DNA of 61,070 nt, filler included. It is 7 parts of 7 records of this genome, joined end to end, with 100 filler letters (N's around TTAATTAATTAA, not from the genome) between each part and the next. Parts side by side here need not be neighbours in the genome. Positions count along the whole stretch, not along the records: positions 42,273 to 52,376 come from SRR31156797_29798; positions 52,477 to 61,070 come from SRR31156797_29810; 5 more parts are not named here. The stretch is one strand, 5' to 3'. Every line of letters starts with the position of its first letter. The first letter of the stretch is position 1. Shown here one piece after another: positions 50,621 to 59,514 of this stretch. A model generated the notes under the pieces. It had not been told where the DNA came from. It saw only the letters and a list, made by a program, of their open reading frames with translations, and made no database searches. The translations under genes were made by a program, and so were the position numbers.

Positions 50621-50929
50621 TCATATATCGAAATGCTGCATTACACTGTAATGTTCCATTTCTATGGTCGACTCATCGATGAGTTTAAAGTATTCAAGGC
50701 ACAGGGGTAGTTTTAGAGCCTCTTCTGTTGCCCTGATGGCAGAATCCATATCTTTCCAGTGAAGCATGTCCATCCAGCTACCATCATCTTTTTTCAACAG
50801 CTCACGGTCAATAAAGCCATCAAGTGAACCAAGCTCTTTCATCATGATATTGGATGCTGCAAGTAATTCATCCTCACTTACTCCGCCTATGACCCTGGAA
50901 TGTACAATCTCAACCACGATCTCTGACAT
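50621..50929 (-). CDS. Small hypothetical protein (ABM-like dimeric alpha/beta barrel)
   Basis: GFIDRELLK...WMDMLHW pattern; RBS GGAGA. Confidence 0.6.
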   Translation of the reverse strand: MSEIVVEIVHSRVIGGVSEDELLAASNIMMKELGSLDGFIDRELLKKDDGSWMDMLHWKDMDSAIRATEEALKLPLCLEYFKLIDESTIEMEHYSVMQHFDI

Positions 50930-50998
50930 TCTATCTCCTGGACATCCTATGCACCAATGATTTAATGCTTTATTGCATAAGTCAGGAAAGACATAGAA

Positions 50999-51793
50999 AT
51001 GAGCCTCAAGGACGAACTTAAAGGGATCATCCCGGAAGATGAACTGGCAAAGTTACCCAACCGTTTCGATATCATTGGGGATATCGCTGTTGTCTCGATT
51101 CCTGATGAACTGAAAGGATATAGTGAGGAGGTAGTTCGTGCTGTCATGGGAATGATGCAGAACATCAGGACCGTGATGAACAAGGTATCTAAACTCGAAG
51201 GAAACAGGCGGGTTGCGGACTTTGAGATACTTGCCGGTAGCAGTACTGAGACTATCCACAGGGAATTCGGTTTCTCTTACAGGATAGACCTGAAGCAGTC
51301 CTTTTTCAATGGCAGGCTCTCCTATGAAAGGAAAAGGGTTGCATCCCTTATAAAAGCCGGAGAGAACGTTCTTGTCCCGTTCAGCGGTGTGGGTCCTTTT
51401 GCCATACCTGCTTCAGAAGCCGGTGCAAAGGTCGTTGCAGTGGAAATGAACGGAGACGCCTGCAAGTCCTTTACAGAGAACTGCAAACTCAATAAAGTTC
51501 AGGATAATGTTCAGGTGATCAATGCCGATGCCAACAGCATACCCAATATACTCAATATGGAATTTGACAGGGCAATTATTCCTACACCCTATGGCATGGA
51601 CCATTTCCTTGAGAGCATTTCCTCACTTGTAAGAACAGGAGGACATGTTCATTTCTATACCTTCAAACCCAGAGAGGACATTCCTGGACTGATTGCCAGA
51701 TATGAGGAGATGGGATTTGAGGCTCTATTCCACAGAAGATGTGGAAATGTGGCACCAGGGATAAGCAGGTGGGTTTTTGATCTGAAGAAGTGA
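50999..51793 (+). CDS. Trm5/TYW2 (Met-10+-like) SAM-dependent tRNA methyltransferase family
   Basis: FDIIGDIAV, TIHREFG, FFNGRLSYER, PFSGVGPFAI, AVEMN, ENCKLN, HFY. Confidence 0.85.
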   Translation: MSLKDELKGIIPEDELAKLPNRFDIIGDIAVVSIPDELKGYSEEVVRAVMGMMQNIRTVMNKVSKLEGNRRVADFEILAGSSTETIHREFGFSYRIDLKQSFFNGRLSYERKRVASLIKAGENVLVPFSGVGPFAIPASEAGAKVVAVEMNGDACKSFTENCKLNKVQDNVQVINADANSIPNILNMEFDRAIIPTPYGMDHFLESISSLVRTGGHVHFYTFKPREDIPGLIARYEEMGFEALFHRRCGNVAPGISRWVFDLKK

Positions 51794-51839
51794 TTAGTTC
51801 AAAACAATAGAACTGGCTGTTATGCAAGCACCAGATCAA

Positions 51840-52376
51840 CTACTTCACAACTTCATACTGTACCAGCAGGAAATTTTCCTTAAGCACTTCATGGTGTAAC
51901 AACTTGAGGGTTTGTCCTGACCTTTTTACTTTAGCAAAGAGATTCTCACCCTTCTCTCCTACTATGGCAGGGGCTACGATAAGATCAATTTTATCGATCA
52001 GGCCTGCATCCAGCACAATGTCACAAAGAGTGCTTCCACTATCCATTACAATCCTTTTGAAATCGTACCGATCAGCACAGATCTCCAGTGCTTTTTTATA
52101 ATCGACATGCTCTTCTCCGGCAACAACATATTCATAATTCCTTTCCCGAAGATAGTTAATATAGGACAAAGATGTTCTTTCAGAGACCAGCATTATTATG
52201 TCCCTGCAGTATTCTGACCTTCTTAAGACATGCAGTAATCCCTCAAGAAGTCCAGAAGTGTCAACGATTATCCAGTAAGGATTGCAAAACGGATTCTCAT
52301 TACCGGACTTAACAGGAGGTTTGCTGAAGTCCGAATACTCTTCAGGAGGTACGTCCCCTATGAACATCTCAATTCC
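51840..52376 (-). CDS. RibD C-terminal / dihydrofolate-reductase-fold protein; 5'-partial
   Basis: IIVDTSG, VVAGEEHVD, MDSGSTL, AGLIDKIDLIVAPAIVG. Confidence 0.75.
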   Translation of the reverse strand, partial: GIEMFIGDVPPEEYSDFSKPPVKSGNENPFCNPYWIIVDTSGLLEGLLHVLRRSEYCRDIIMLVSERTSLSYINYLRERNYEYVVAGEEHVDYKKALEICADRYDFKRIVMDSGSTLCDIVLDAGLIDKIDLIVAPAIVGEKGENLFAKVKRSGQTLKLLHHEVLKENFLLVQYEVVK

Positions 52377-52476
52377 NNNNNNNNNNNNNNNNNNNNNNNN
52401 NNNNNNNNNNNNNNNNNNNNTTAATTAATTAANNNNNNNNNNNNNNNNNNNNNNNNNNNNNNNNNNNNNNNNNNNN
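52377..52476. other. Artificial contig spacer
   Basis: N44-TTAATTAATTAA-N44. Confidence 0.99.
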
Positions 52477-54115
52477 CCCAGAGGGGGCTGTTCTCGGACA
52501 GATAGGAGTAGAGGATGAGGCAGCCCCTTTCCCGGGCTTTGGCGGACATCCTCTCCAGTATCTTCACCCCCGATGAGTCGATATCGGAGATCCTCTTCAG
52601 ATCCAGGATGATGGAACGGGCGCCGCTCTCTATGAGTCGGTCCATCCGCTCAGACAGTTCGTCAGCCGTGCCGAAGAAAAGGGAGCCCTCCAGCTCGGCC
52701 AGGAATATCTCATCCCCCCTGGAAGTCAGGATCTCCATATCACGGGCGGGCCGCTGGGTCTTGGATCGTATACCCGCCCCCGTATGGATCCTGCGCAGCA
52801 TGGAGACCTTGCTCTTCCGGTAGACATAGAGGAAGAAGGAGATGGCCATGCCCGCCAGAACGGCGGAGATCAGGTTGCTGAGCAGGGTGATGGAGATCAC
52901 CATCAGGACGATGGTCAGGTTCCCCAGCAGGGCCGTGTTCAGCCCTGTCTTCCGGCTCCAGATCCGGCGGCAGAGATCGATCAGCCAGGTATCGAACATA
53001 TTCACGGCGATGATCATGACCAGCCCGGCGATCACCGACAGGGGGATGAAACGGATCAGGGGACGGAGGACCGTAGCGATGACCAGAACGAAAAGGGTGC
53101 ACAGCAGAGCGGACGCCCGGCTCCGCCCTCCGCTCAATACATTGGTCATGCTGCGGGTGGAAGAGCCTCCCCCCACCAGGCCGCCGGCGAAGACGGTCAA
53201 AAGATTCCCCACCCCCTGCACAATGAGCTCCCGGTTGGCGTCCACCGACTCATAGGTGATGTTCTGGATGGCCAGGGAGCTCAACAGGGTATCGGTGGAC
53301 GAGAGGATGGCGATGCTGAAAGCGGTCACCAGGATCCCCGTAAGGGAGGCGGCGAGCAGGCCGCTGCGGAAGATCTCGGGATTGCTCGTCAGATAGAAGA
53401 TATTGCGGTAGCTCAGCTCGATCGAACCCAGAGTCGCCCCCGGATCGGAACTCAGGCCGAAACGGATCAGCAGATGATGGATGACGCATCCGGCCAGGAT
53501 CACCGGGACATGAACGGGGACCCTGCGGATCAGCCTCCTCAGGATGAGGAAGAGCAGGACCGTCAGCAAGGAGAGGGACAGGGCGTAGGGATTCAGCTCG
53601 TCCAGAGCCCGGAAGAATCCCCCGCTCCTCTTCTCGACGCCGATGATGTTCCAGGCCTGGCTTTTCAGGAGGAGAAGGACCTTGCTGTTGATCACGCCTA
53701 CGATCACCGGATAGGAGATGTACTTAATGATATCCCCCAGGCGGAAGAGCCCCAGCAGGGTCTGAATCAGGCCGGCTGCCAGAAGAAGGATGAAGAGCAG
53801 GCTCAGGGCCTGGTTCGCAGGGACGGCCGGGTCAAGGGAAAGGAGCTGTCCCAGAAAGGCGGCCACCGCCAGAGCGACCCCCGCCCGGGGACCGGATATC
53901 AGCCCCGTCGTCCGTGAGAAGAGGGCGGAGAATCCGCCCAGAACGATGGAACAGATCCAGCCCGAGAGTATGCCCATGCTGATGAAGGCGGGTCCCAGAG
54001 GGGCGAAGGCGACCATGCCGAACACGATATTCCCCGGCAGGGAGATCACCGCCGTAGACAGAGCGGCGAACAGTTCCTTTCCGAATTCCGGAGCGTTCCC
54101 GGGGACTCTGGTCAC
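52477..54115 (-). CDS. SulP/SLC26 anion transporter with STAS domain; 3'-partial
   Basis: ISGP, LGLFRLGDIIKYISYPV, DANRELIVQGVGN, IPLSVIAG; STAS LEGSLFFGTA...LDLKRISDIDSSG. Confidence 0.92.
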
Positions 54116-54122
54116 AAACGGC

Positions 54123-56228
54123 TCACTTCCTGGTCAGCTTGGTTACGCCGTTCCAGTCAGCGGGGACCGAGTCCGGATACTTCCTGAAGAAGCTGCAGCG
54201 TTTGATGAAGAGTTTGACAGCCTCATCGTCTGGACCGAAGTTTTTCTTCAGATGAAGAAAGTAGCGCAGTGAGTTGGTCCAGTCCCGCTTCAGGTAGAGC
54301 CCCAGGGCCTTTTCATAGATCTGAACATACTCCTCACGCCTGCCGCCGGGCCTGTTTTCGGCCTCGGAAATCAGCTCGTAGATCCGGGTTCCCTCGTTCT
54401 TGCCCTTCACCGCCACGATGTCCAGAAAGCGGCAGTAGAACTGGTCCTTCACCTCTCTCCAGGTATCCTCGTCGATGATGATCTTCGTGCCGTAGAGCTT
54501 GTTGATCCCCTCGATGCGGGAGGCCAGATTGACGTGGTCTCCGATGGCGCTGTAGTTGATCCGGTCCGAAGAGCCCACGTTGCCGACGACCACCCGGCCC
54601 GTGCCAATGCCGATGCGGGTTTCCATCACCGGCTTGTTGTAGCTCTGCCACTGATCGTTCAGACTGCTCAGCCTCTCCTGGCAGCGGAGGGCGGTATGGC
54701 AGGCCCGGGCGCTGGCGTCCTCCAGCCTGACGGGAGCCCCCCAGAAGGCCATGATGGAGTCGCCGATGTATTTGTCGATAGTCCCCGCCTCCTCCATGAT
54801 GATTCGCGACAGCTCGTCGAAGTACTCGGACAGGTGCTGCATCAGGAAGTCGGAGGAGAGGTTCTCGCTTATGGTGGTGAATCCCTTGATATCCGTGAAG
54901 AAAAGGGTCAGCTTCTTGGGAACGCCTCCCACCTCCACCTCCTCGCCGTTGTCGATCAGCTGGCGCACCAGATCGGCGGGGACGTATTTCCGGAAGGCCT
55001 TGAGCCCCTGGACCGCATTGAACAGGGAGACGCTCATATTGTTTATCTCCACGATGGAGGAGCTCACCTTGTCGGAGATGTCCAGATCGAAGTTCTGAAG
55101 CTTCTCATTCTGCCCGGCCAGCTCTTCAAGGGGAGCCGTTATCCTGCCGGAGATGTAGAAGATCACCACGATGGACAGGAGGAAGATGCAGACGATGGCC
55201 AGGGCGATCATCAGGATGACCCGGTACACGCCCTCCAGGATATCCCGTTCGGAAATGACCGAGATGATCTTCCAGTCCACGCCGAGGTCCTCGGAGATAT
55301 CCGAAACCCTGAAGAAGTAATTCTGCCGGCCGTACTTGAAGTTGAACTCCCGCAGCCCCTCGCTCTTATAGCGCAGAAAGGCGGAGATGACATGCACGTC
55401 ATCCAGGCCGTCCAGCTTCTTGATCCTTTTGACGGTGCTGCTTTTGCCGCCCTCGTCGACCACGGTCTCCTCCACGAGGATCTCTTCGAAATTCTGGGAG
55501 GCGATGATCTGCTCCTTATCGTCGACGATATAGAGCCGGCTGTTTTCGCTGATGGTCTGCTCCTTCAGAAAGGAGGAGAGCTTCTCCACGGGGATGTTCA
55601 CGCAGACCACGGCGCCCTTGTCCCCCGATTCGGTCAATACCGGATAGGCGCAGCCGATAACGGGCTTCTGGCTTGTGGTGGCCACATAGGCCTCGGTCCA
55701 GTAGTAGCGCTCCATAATCCCCGTGTTCTTGTACCAGACCCGGGAGCGGGGATCGAAGGTGGGGATCTTCTCCTTCCTGTCCACAATCTCGAAATTCTCA
55801 TCCCGCTGGATCCGGAACTCCTCGGGGGGCGTTTTGTCCCGGTTTATCAGCCTGGTCTCCAGAACCGGAGTGCGCCGGACCTGCACGTAGTTGCCCACCC
55901 GGTCGGCGATGAAGTAGCTCTCCAGCTGCTCGGTCATCAGAATGGGATTCCACATAAAATCCCAGAGCTTTTCATGATCCTCCACAAGCCCGTCGTAGCG
56001 GATCAGGGGCTCGGCCAGACGGGTGAAGGAGGAAGGGATGCCCAGAAAGGAGTTTGTCCTCTCTTTGACCTTTCCCACCACCTCGCTGGAGATCTTCTCC
56101 GAGAGCCCGAACACGATCTTCGTCGTCTGCATATAGAAGATGACCGTGACCAGTACGCCGGAGATCATCATCAGGGAGACGAAGATCTGCAGAAGCCTGA
56201 TCCTGAAGGTCTGATTTCGTTTAAACAT
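54123..56228 (-). CDS. Membrane-bound class III adenylate cyclase (TM - Cache-like sensor - TM - HAMP - cyclase - helical tail)
   Basis: RSRVWY and WTEAY Cache-like motifs; ITAPLEEL HAMP; catalytic FTDIKGFT, DKYIGD, RIGI, YSAIGDHVNLASRIE. Confidence 0.92.
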   Translation of the reverse strand: MFKRNQTFRIRLLQIFVSLMMISGVLVTVIFYMQTTKIVFGLSEKISSEVVGKVKERTNSFLGIPSSFTRLAEPLIRYDGLVEDHEKLWDFMWNPILMTEQLESYFIADRVGNYVQVRRTPVLETRLINRDKTPPEEFRIQRDENFEIVDRKEKIPTFDPRSRVWYKNTGIMERYYWTEAYVATTSQKPVIGCAYPVLTESGDKGAVVCVNIPVEKLSSFLKEQTISENSRLYIVDDKEQIIASQNFEEILVEETVVDEGGKSSTVKRIKKLDGLDDVHVISAFLRYKSEGLREFNFKYGRQNYFFRVSDISEDLGVDWKIISVISERDILEGVYRVILMIALAIVCIFLLSIVVIFYISGRITAPLEELAGQNEKLQNFDLDISDKVSSSIVEINNMSVSLFNAVQGLKAFRKYVPADLVRQLIDNGEEVEVGGVPKKLTLFFTDIKGFTTISENLSSDFLMQHLSEYFDELSRIIMEEAGTIDKYIGDSIMAFWGAPVRLEDASARACHTALRCQERLSSLNDQWQSYNKPVMETRIGIGTGRVVVGNVGSSDRINYSAIGDHVNLASRIEGINKLYGTKIIIDEDTWREVKDQFYCRFLDIVAVKGKNEGTRIYELISEAENRPGGRREEYVQIYEKALGLYLKRDWTNSLRYFLHLKKNFGPDDEAVKLFIKRCSFFRKYPDSVPADWNGVTKLTRK

Positions 56229-59200
56229 CCAGATACCCCACCCAGTTCTTTTCGGTCAGTTCGGGACTGTTCCTGGCCACCGTAAGCTTCCTGCCGAGTA
56301 GCTCAACCGAGCGTTCCCGCCCCTTCAGCCTCTTTCTCAGATAGTCCACGTATTTCTGCGCCCCGTCCCAGTCCTTTCTCCTGTAGAGGCCGAAGGCCGT
56401 TTCGTAGATCTTGATAAAGGTCAGCCTGCTCTCCGACAGCTGGTCCCGGCGGGAGGCGCAGAGCTCGTAGATCTTCATCTTCTTGTTGCCGCCGGGCAGC
56501 CGGATGATGTCCAGCAGACGGCAGACCGCCTCGTCCCCCAAGGCCTTTTTCACATCCGAGCTGATGATGACCTTCGTCCCGTAACGGGGATTCAGGGAAC
56601 TCAGATACTGGCTCACCGGCAGGGTGCGTCCCAGTATGATGTTCTCCTTCACCAGCTGCTGTTTCTGATTCAGGATCAGGACCTCCTCGGCATGGATGCC
56701 TATCCCGCCGCCCTTCCGCAGAGGGGAATCGCTCTGACCGGGACGGGAGCCGTTTCCCTCCCTGAGGCTGTTCACGTCCTCCAGGCGGCTCTGAAAGAGA
56801 AGGGCTGCGGCGCCGGCATGCGCCACCGGACCGTCCAGGGAATTCCGGGAGTTCCAGGAGACCTGGAGGTTCCCTCCCCTGTAACGCAGCAGCTGACCGT
56901 TCTCCTCGGCGATGATCTCATGCATCAGGCCGCTCTGGAGAACGAAGTCCTTCACCCCCGTCTCCACATTGCCGACCGACGCGATATCGTAGAGCGGGGC
57001 GTCCAGGCTGAGAACGCTGTAGTAGGAGACCCGCTTCATATCCGAAAGGATCTGATCCCCCACCCTGTCCAGGCGCTTGAAGGAGTTCATGGTCCGCTCG
57101 TCGATTCCCTTGCGTTCGACGACCTCATCCCGCCTGCCCGCACTGACAAGGAAGAGTAAGCCCAGAACCAGGGTGAAGACACCGAAGATACCGATACCGC
57201 CGGAAGTGCTGTTCCCGGCAAAGGCGATGATGGCTCCCAGAACCATGGGGCCCATGATATGGCCGAAACGTTCCAGAAAGGTGTAGACCGCGATCATGGG
57301 ACCGTATCCGTACTGCTCCGCGGATCTCGTCTTGGTGATCTGCGTCACGATGGGCGCGCTGATGAGGCCGTTGGCGACGCCGATGGTCAGAAGGCCGATC
57401 ACCGCCAGAATGGGATAGGCCGAGTCCAAAAACAGCCCCTGATAACCGATCAGCATCATCCCCAGGCCGCCGAATACGGCGCTCAGGAAGAGGACCGACC
57501 GGGTGTTGCCGCTCCTGTCCGCCCGTTTGGAGGCGATCTTGGTCACCAGCATGGAGATCAGGAAGAAGAGCATGAGGAAGCGCCCGATCTCCTCCTGAGA
57601 GTAGCGGAGGGAGGCCAGAAGCAGGGGTACGGCGAAGTTGACGACCCCTGTGATGCCCATCTTGGCGGGGATGCCCGTCAGAAAGAGGACCTTCAGGAAG
57701 CTGCCGTCCCGGAACACCTTGGGAATGTTCTTCAGCTCCAGCTTCTTGCCCGTAGCCTTGCCGGAGGCGTCGGCCTTGACCGAGGGAACCAGAAGCAGCA
57801 GATAGACGAAACCCGTTATGCTGATCAGGGAGGAGAGCAGAAAGAGCCTGCGGAAGCCCATGAACACATACAGGAGGGCACCGATGCCGGTACCGCCGAT
57901 GAGCGCGCTGTTCCGGGCGATCACCTTGATCGCCGCCCCCTGGGTTCTCTTCTCCCTGGGGGTAACCGAAAGCACATAGGACTGGAATCCGATCAGGAAA
58001 CAGCCCTGGCCGAGACCGCTCATGGCCCGCCCTGCGGTCAGCAGGAGGATGGAGTGGGAAGACGCGACGATGATGCAACCGGCCACCTCCGCCAGGAATC
58101 CCAGAGCCATCACATGCTTTATCCGCCCCCCGGCGGCGATGTTTCCAGCGGGGATCAGGGAGAACGCGAAGAAGAGGTAGTAGATGGTAAAGGGCACCGA
58201 GGAAACCAGACCGCTGTTCAGCTCCCTGACCAACAGGGGCAGGAAGGGCACGGCCATGGAGGATACGAAGACCACGAGGAAATAGGCCGCCTTGATCAGC
58301 TCCAGGGAGACGGCCGGGTCGATCCGCTCGGGCAGCTCGCTGCCGCCTCTGCGGTTCAGAGACTCAGCGTAGGCCAGGCCGACGTTGAGGAAGATCATGG
58401 CGATCAGACTCGCGCCCACAAGAAGGGCCAGGAAGTTGATGATGCTGTCCAGGACGGCGTTGCGGACCTCCGTTTTGGGTACGCTGACCACCACCATCAG
58501 ATTCTCCAGGGCTCCGCTCCCGGCGGCCCCCGCCCTCTCCAGGGGGATGTAGTTGATGATCAGCCGCAGGTTATCGGGAGAGAAGATCTTCCCGATCATG
58601 CTCTCGTTGGAGTCATAGCGGATCTCCTGGGCGGCGGGGGCCTGCACATCCGTGCCCACCACCCGGTTGATGGAGACCGATTCCACAAAGGCGTAGCGCT
58701 CCTTGAAGTTGGCCAGGATATCGTTGATATGGGACAGGTCGTCAAACTCTATCCCCAGCTCCCTGACCGGAATCAGGCGCTCCGAGAGCAGGTTTCCGAT
58801 GGCCTCGGTCTTACCCCTCACTCCCGTTTCGTAGATATCGATGGTGACGAAGGTGACATAGCCCCCCAGCAGGATGAACAGGATCAGATAGAGGGATTTG
58901 ACGAAGATGTTGCGCTTGCGCCTGGACGCCACCGTACTGTTCTTCAACCGGGAGGTCGCTATGTAAAAGAAGATCGTCAGGAGTCCCGAGAAGATCATGA
59001 GGGCGATGTAGACCGAGCGGTAGGAAGAGGTTATAAAGGCGGACGAGCGCTCCTGGTTCAGGTAGATCACAAGCTCCCCCGCCCGGCTGCCGTCCTCCAG
59101 CAGGATATCCCGGGTCAGGCGGAAGATGTTCCCCGACTCATGGATCCGGACGCCCTCCCCGCCGGAGACCTCTATCTTCGAAGGATTCTCGTCCAGATCG

Positions 59201-59514
59201 GCGGGCGGGCTGTAGTCGCCGCTCACGTAGACAGACTTGTCCTGGGCGTCAAGGATCTCCAGGCTCAGCACATCCTCATTGGATTCGGAAACGATGGAGG
59301 CCAGATTGTCGTAGCCGCTGTACATGGTGATGGGAAATCCAGCATCCAGAAAGGGGGTGATCACATCCAGAACCGTATCGCTCTGGAGGATGCTGGTCTC
59401 CAGCCGGAAACGGATATAGGTACGCCGGGTCTCCCCCTGGCCGACCACGACCAGAAGCAGGAGCGTGGAACAGAGAATGACGGCGATAGGCAGTTTCTTG
59501 ATAAGGTTTTTCAT
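56221..59514 (-). CDS. Multidomain membrane protein: two extracytoplasmic domains + MFS transporter + degenerate class III cyclase-like domain
   Basis: TM-flanked soluble loops in aa ~25-360; about 12 TM MFS region with GRAMSGLGQG and ADRSG; C-terminal ~270 aa colinear with the neighbouring cyclase (YGTKVIIS, CRLLDII, IYEL, YETAFGLY..KDW, NWVG). Confidence 0.82.
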   Translation of the reverse strand: MKNLIKKLPIAVILCSTLLLLVVVGQGETRRTYIRFRLETSILQSDTVLDVITPFLDAGFPITMYSGYDNLASIVSESNEDVLSLEILDAQDKSVYVSGDYSPPADLDENPSKIEVSGGEGVRIHESGNIFRLTRDILLEDGSRAGELVIYLNQERSSAFITSSYRSVYIALMIFSGLLTIFFYIATSRLKNSTVASRRKRNIFVKSLYLILFILLGGYVTFVTIDIYETGVRGKTEAIGNLLSERLIPVRELGIEFDDLSHINDILANFKERYAFVESVSINRVVGTDVQAPAAQEIRYDSNESMIGKIFSPDNLRLIINYIPLERAGAAGSGALENLMVVVSVPKTEVRNAVLDSIINFLALLVGASLIAMIFLNVGLAYAESLNRRGGSELPERIDPAVSLELIKAAYFLVVFVSSMAVPFLPLLVRELNSGLVSSVPFTIYYLFFAFSLIPAGNIAAGGRIKHVMALGFLAEVAGCIIVASSHSILLLTAGRAMSGLGQGCFLIGFQSYVLSVTPREKRTQGAAIKVIARNSALIGGTGIGALLYVFMGFRRLFLLSSLISITGFVYLLLLVPSVKADASGKATGKKLELKNIPKVFRDGSFLKVLFLTGIPAKMGITGVVNFAVPLLLASLRYSQEEIGRFLMLFFLISMLVTKIASKRADRSGNTRSVLFLSAVFGGLGMMLIGYQGLFLDSAYPILAVIGLLTIGVANGLISAPIVTQITKTRSAEQYGYGPMIAVYTFLERFGHIMGPMVLGAIIAFAGNSTSGGIGIFGVFTLVLGLLFLVSAGRRDEVVERKGIDERTMNSFKRLDRVGDQILSDMKRVSYYSVLSLDAPLYDIASVGNVETGVKDFVLQSGLMHEIIAEENGQLLRYRGGNLQVSWNSRNSLDGPVAHAGAAALLFQSRLEDVNSLREGNGSRPGQSDSPLRKGGGIGIHAEEVLILNQKQQLVKENIILGRTLPVSQYLSSLNPRYGTKVIISSDVKKALGDEAVCRLLDIIRLPGGNKKMKIYELCASRRDQLSESRLTFIKIYETAFGLYRRKDWDGAQKYVDYLRKRLKGRERSVELLGRKLTVARNSPELTEKNWVGYLDV

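Noticed and set aside
42273-52376. Pyrrolysine (TAG) read-through genes in the methanogen contig
   Set aside because: I found no gene that is interrupted by an in-frame TAG and continues with homologous sequence.
11031-52476. Six identical N44-TTAATTAATTAA-N44 blocks as a repeat family or CRISPR-like array
   Set aside because: They are artificial contig joiners. Genes are cut at them and composition changes across them, so adjacency across spacers has no biological meaning.
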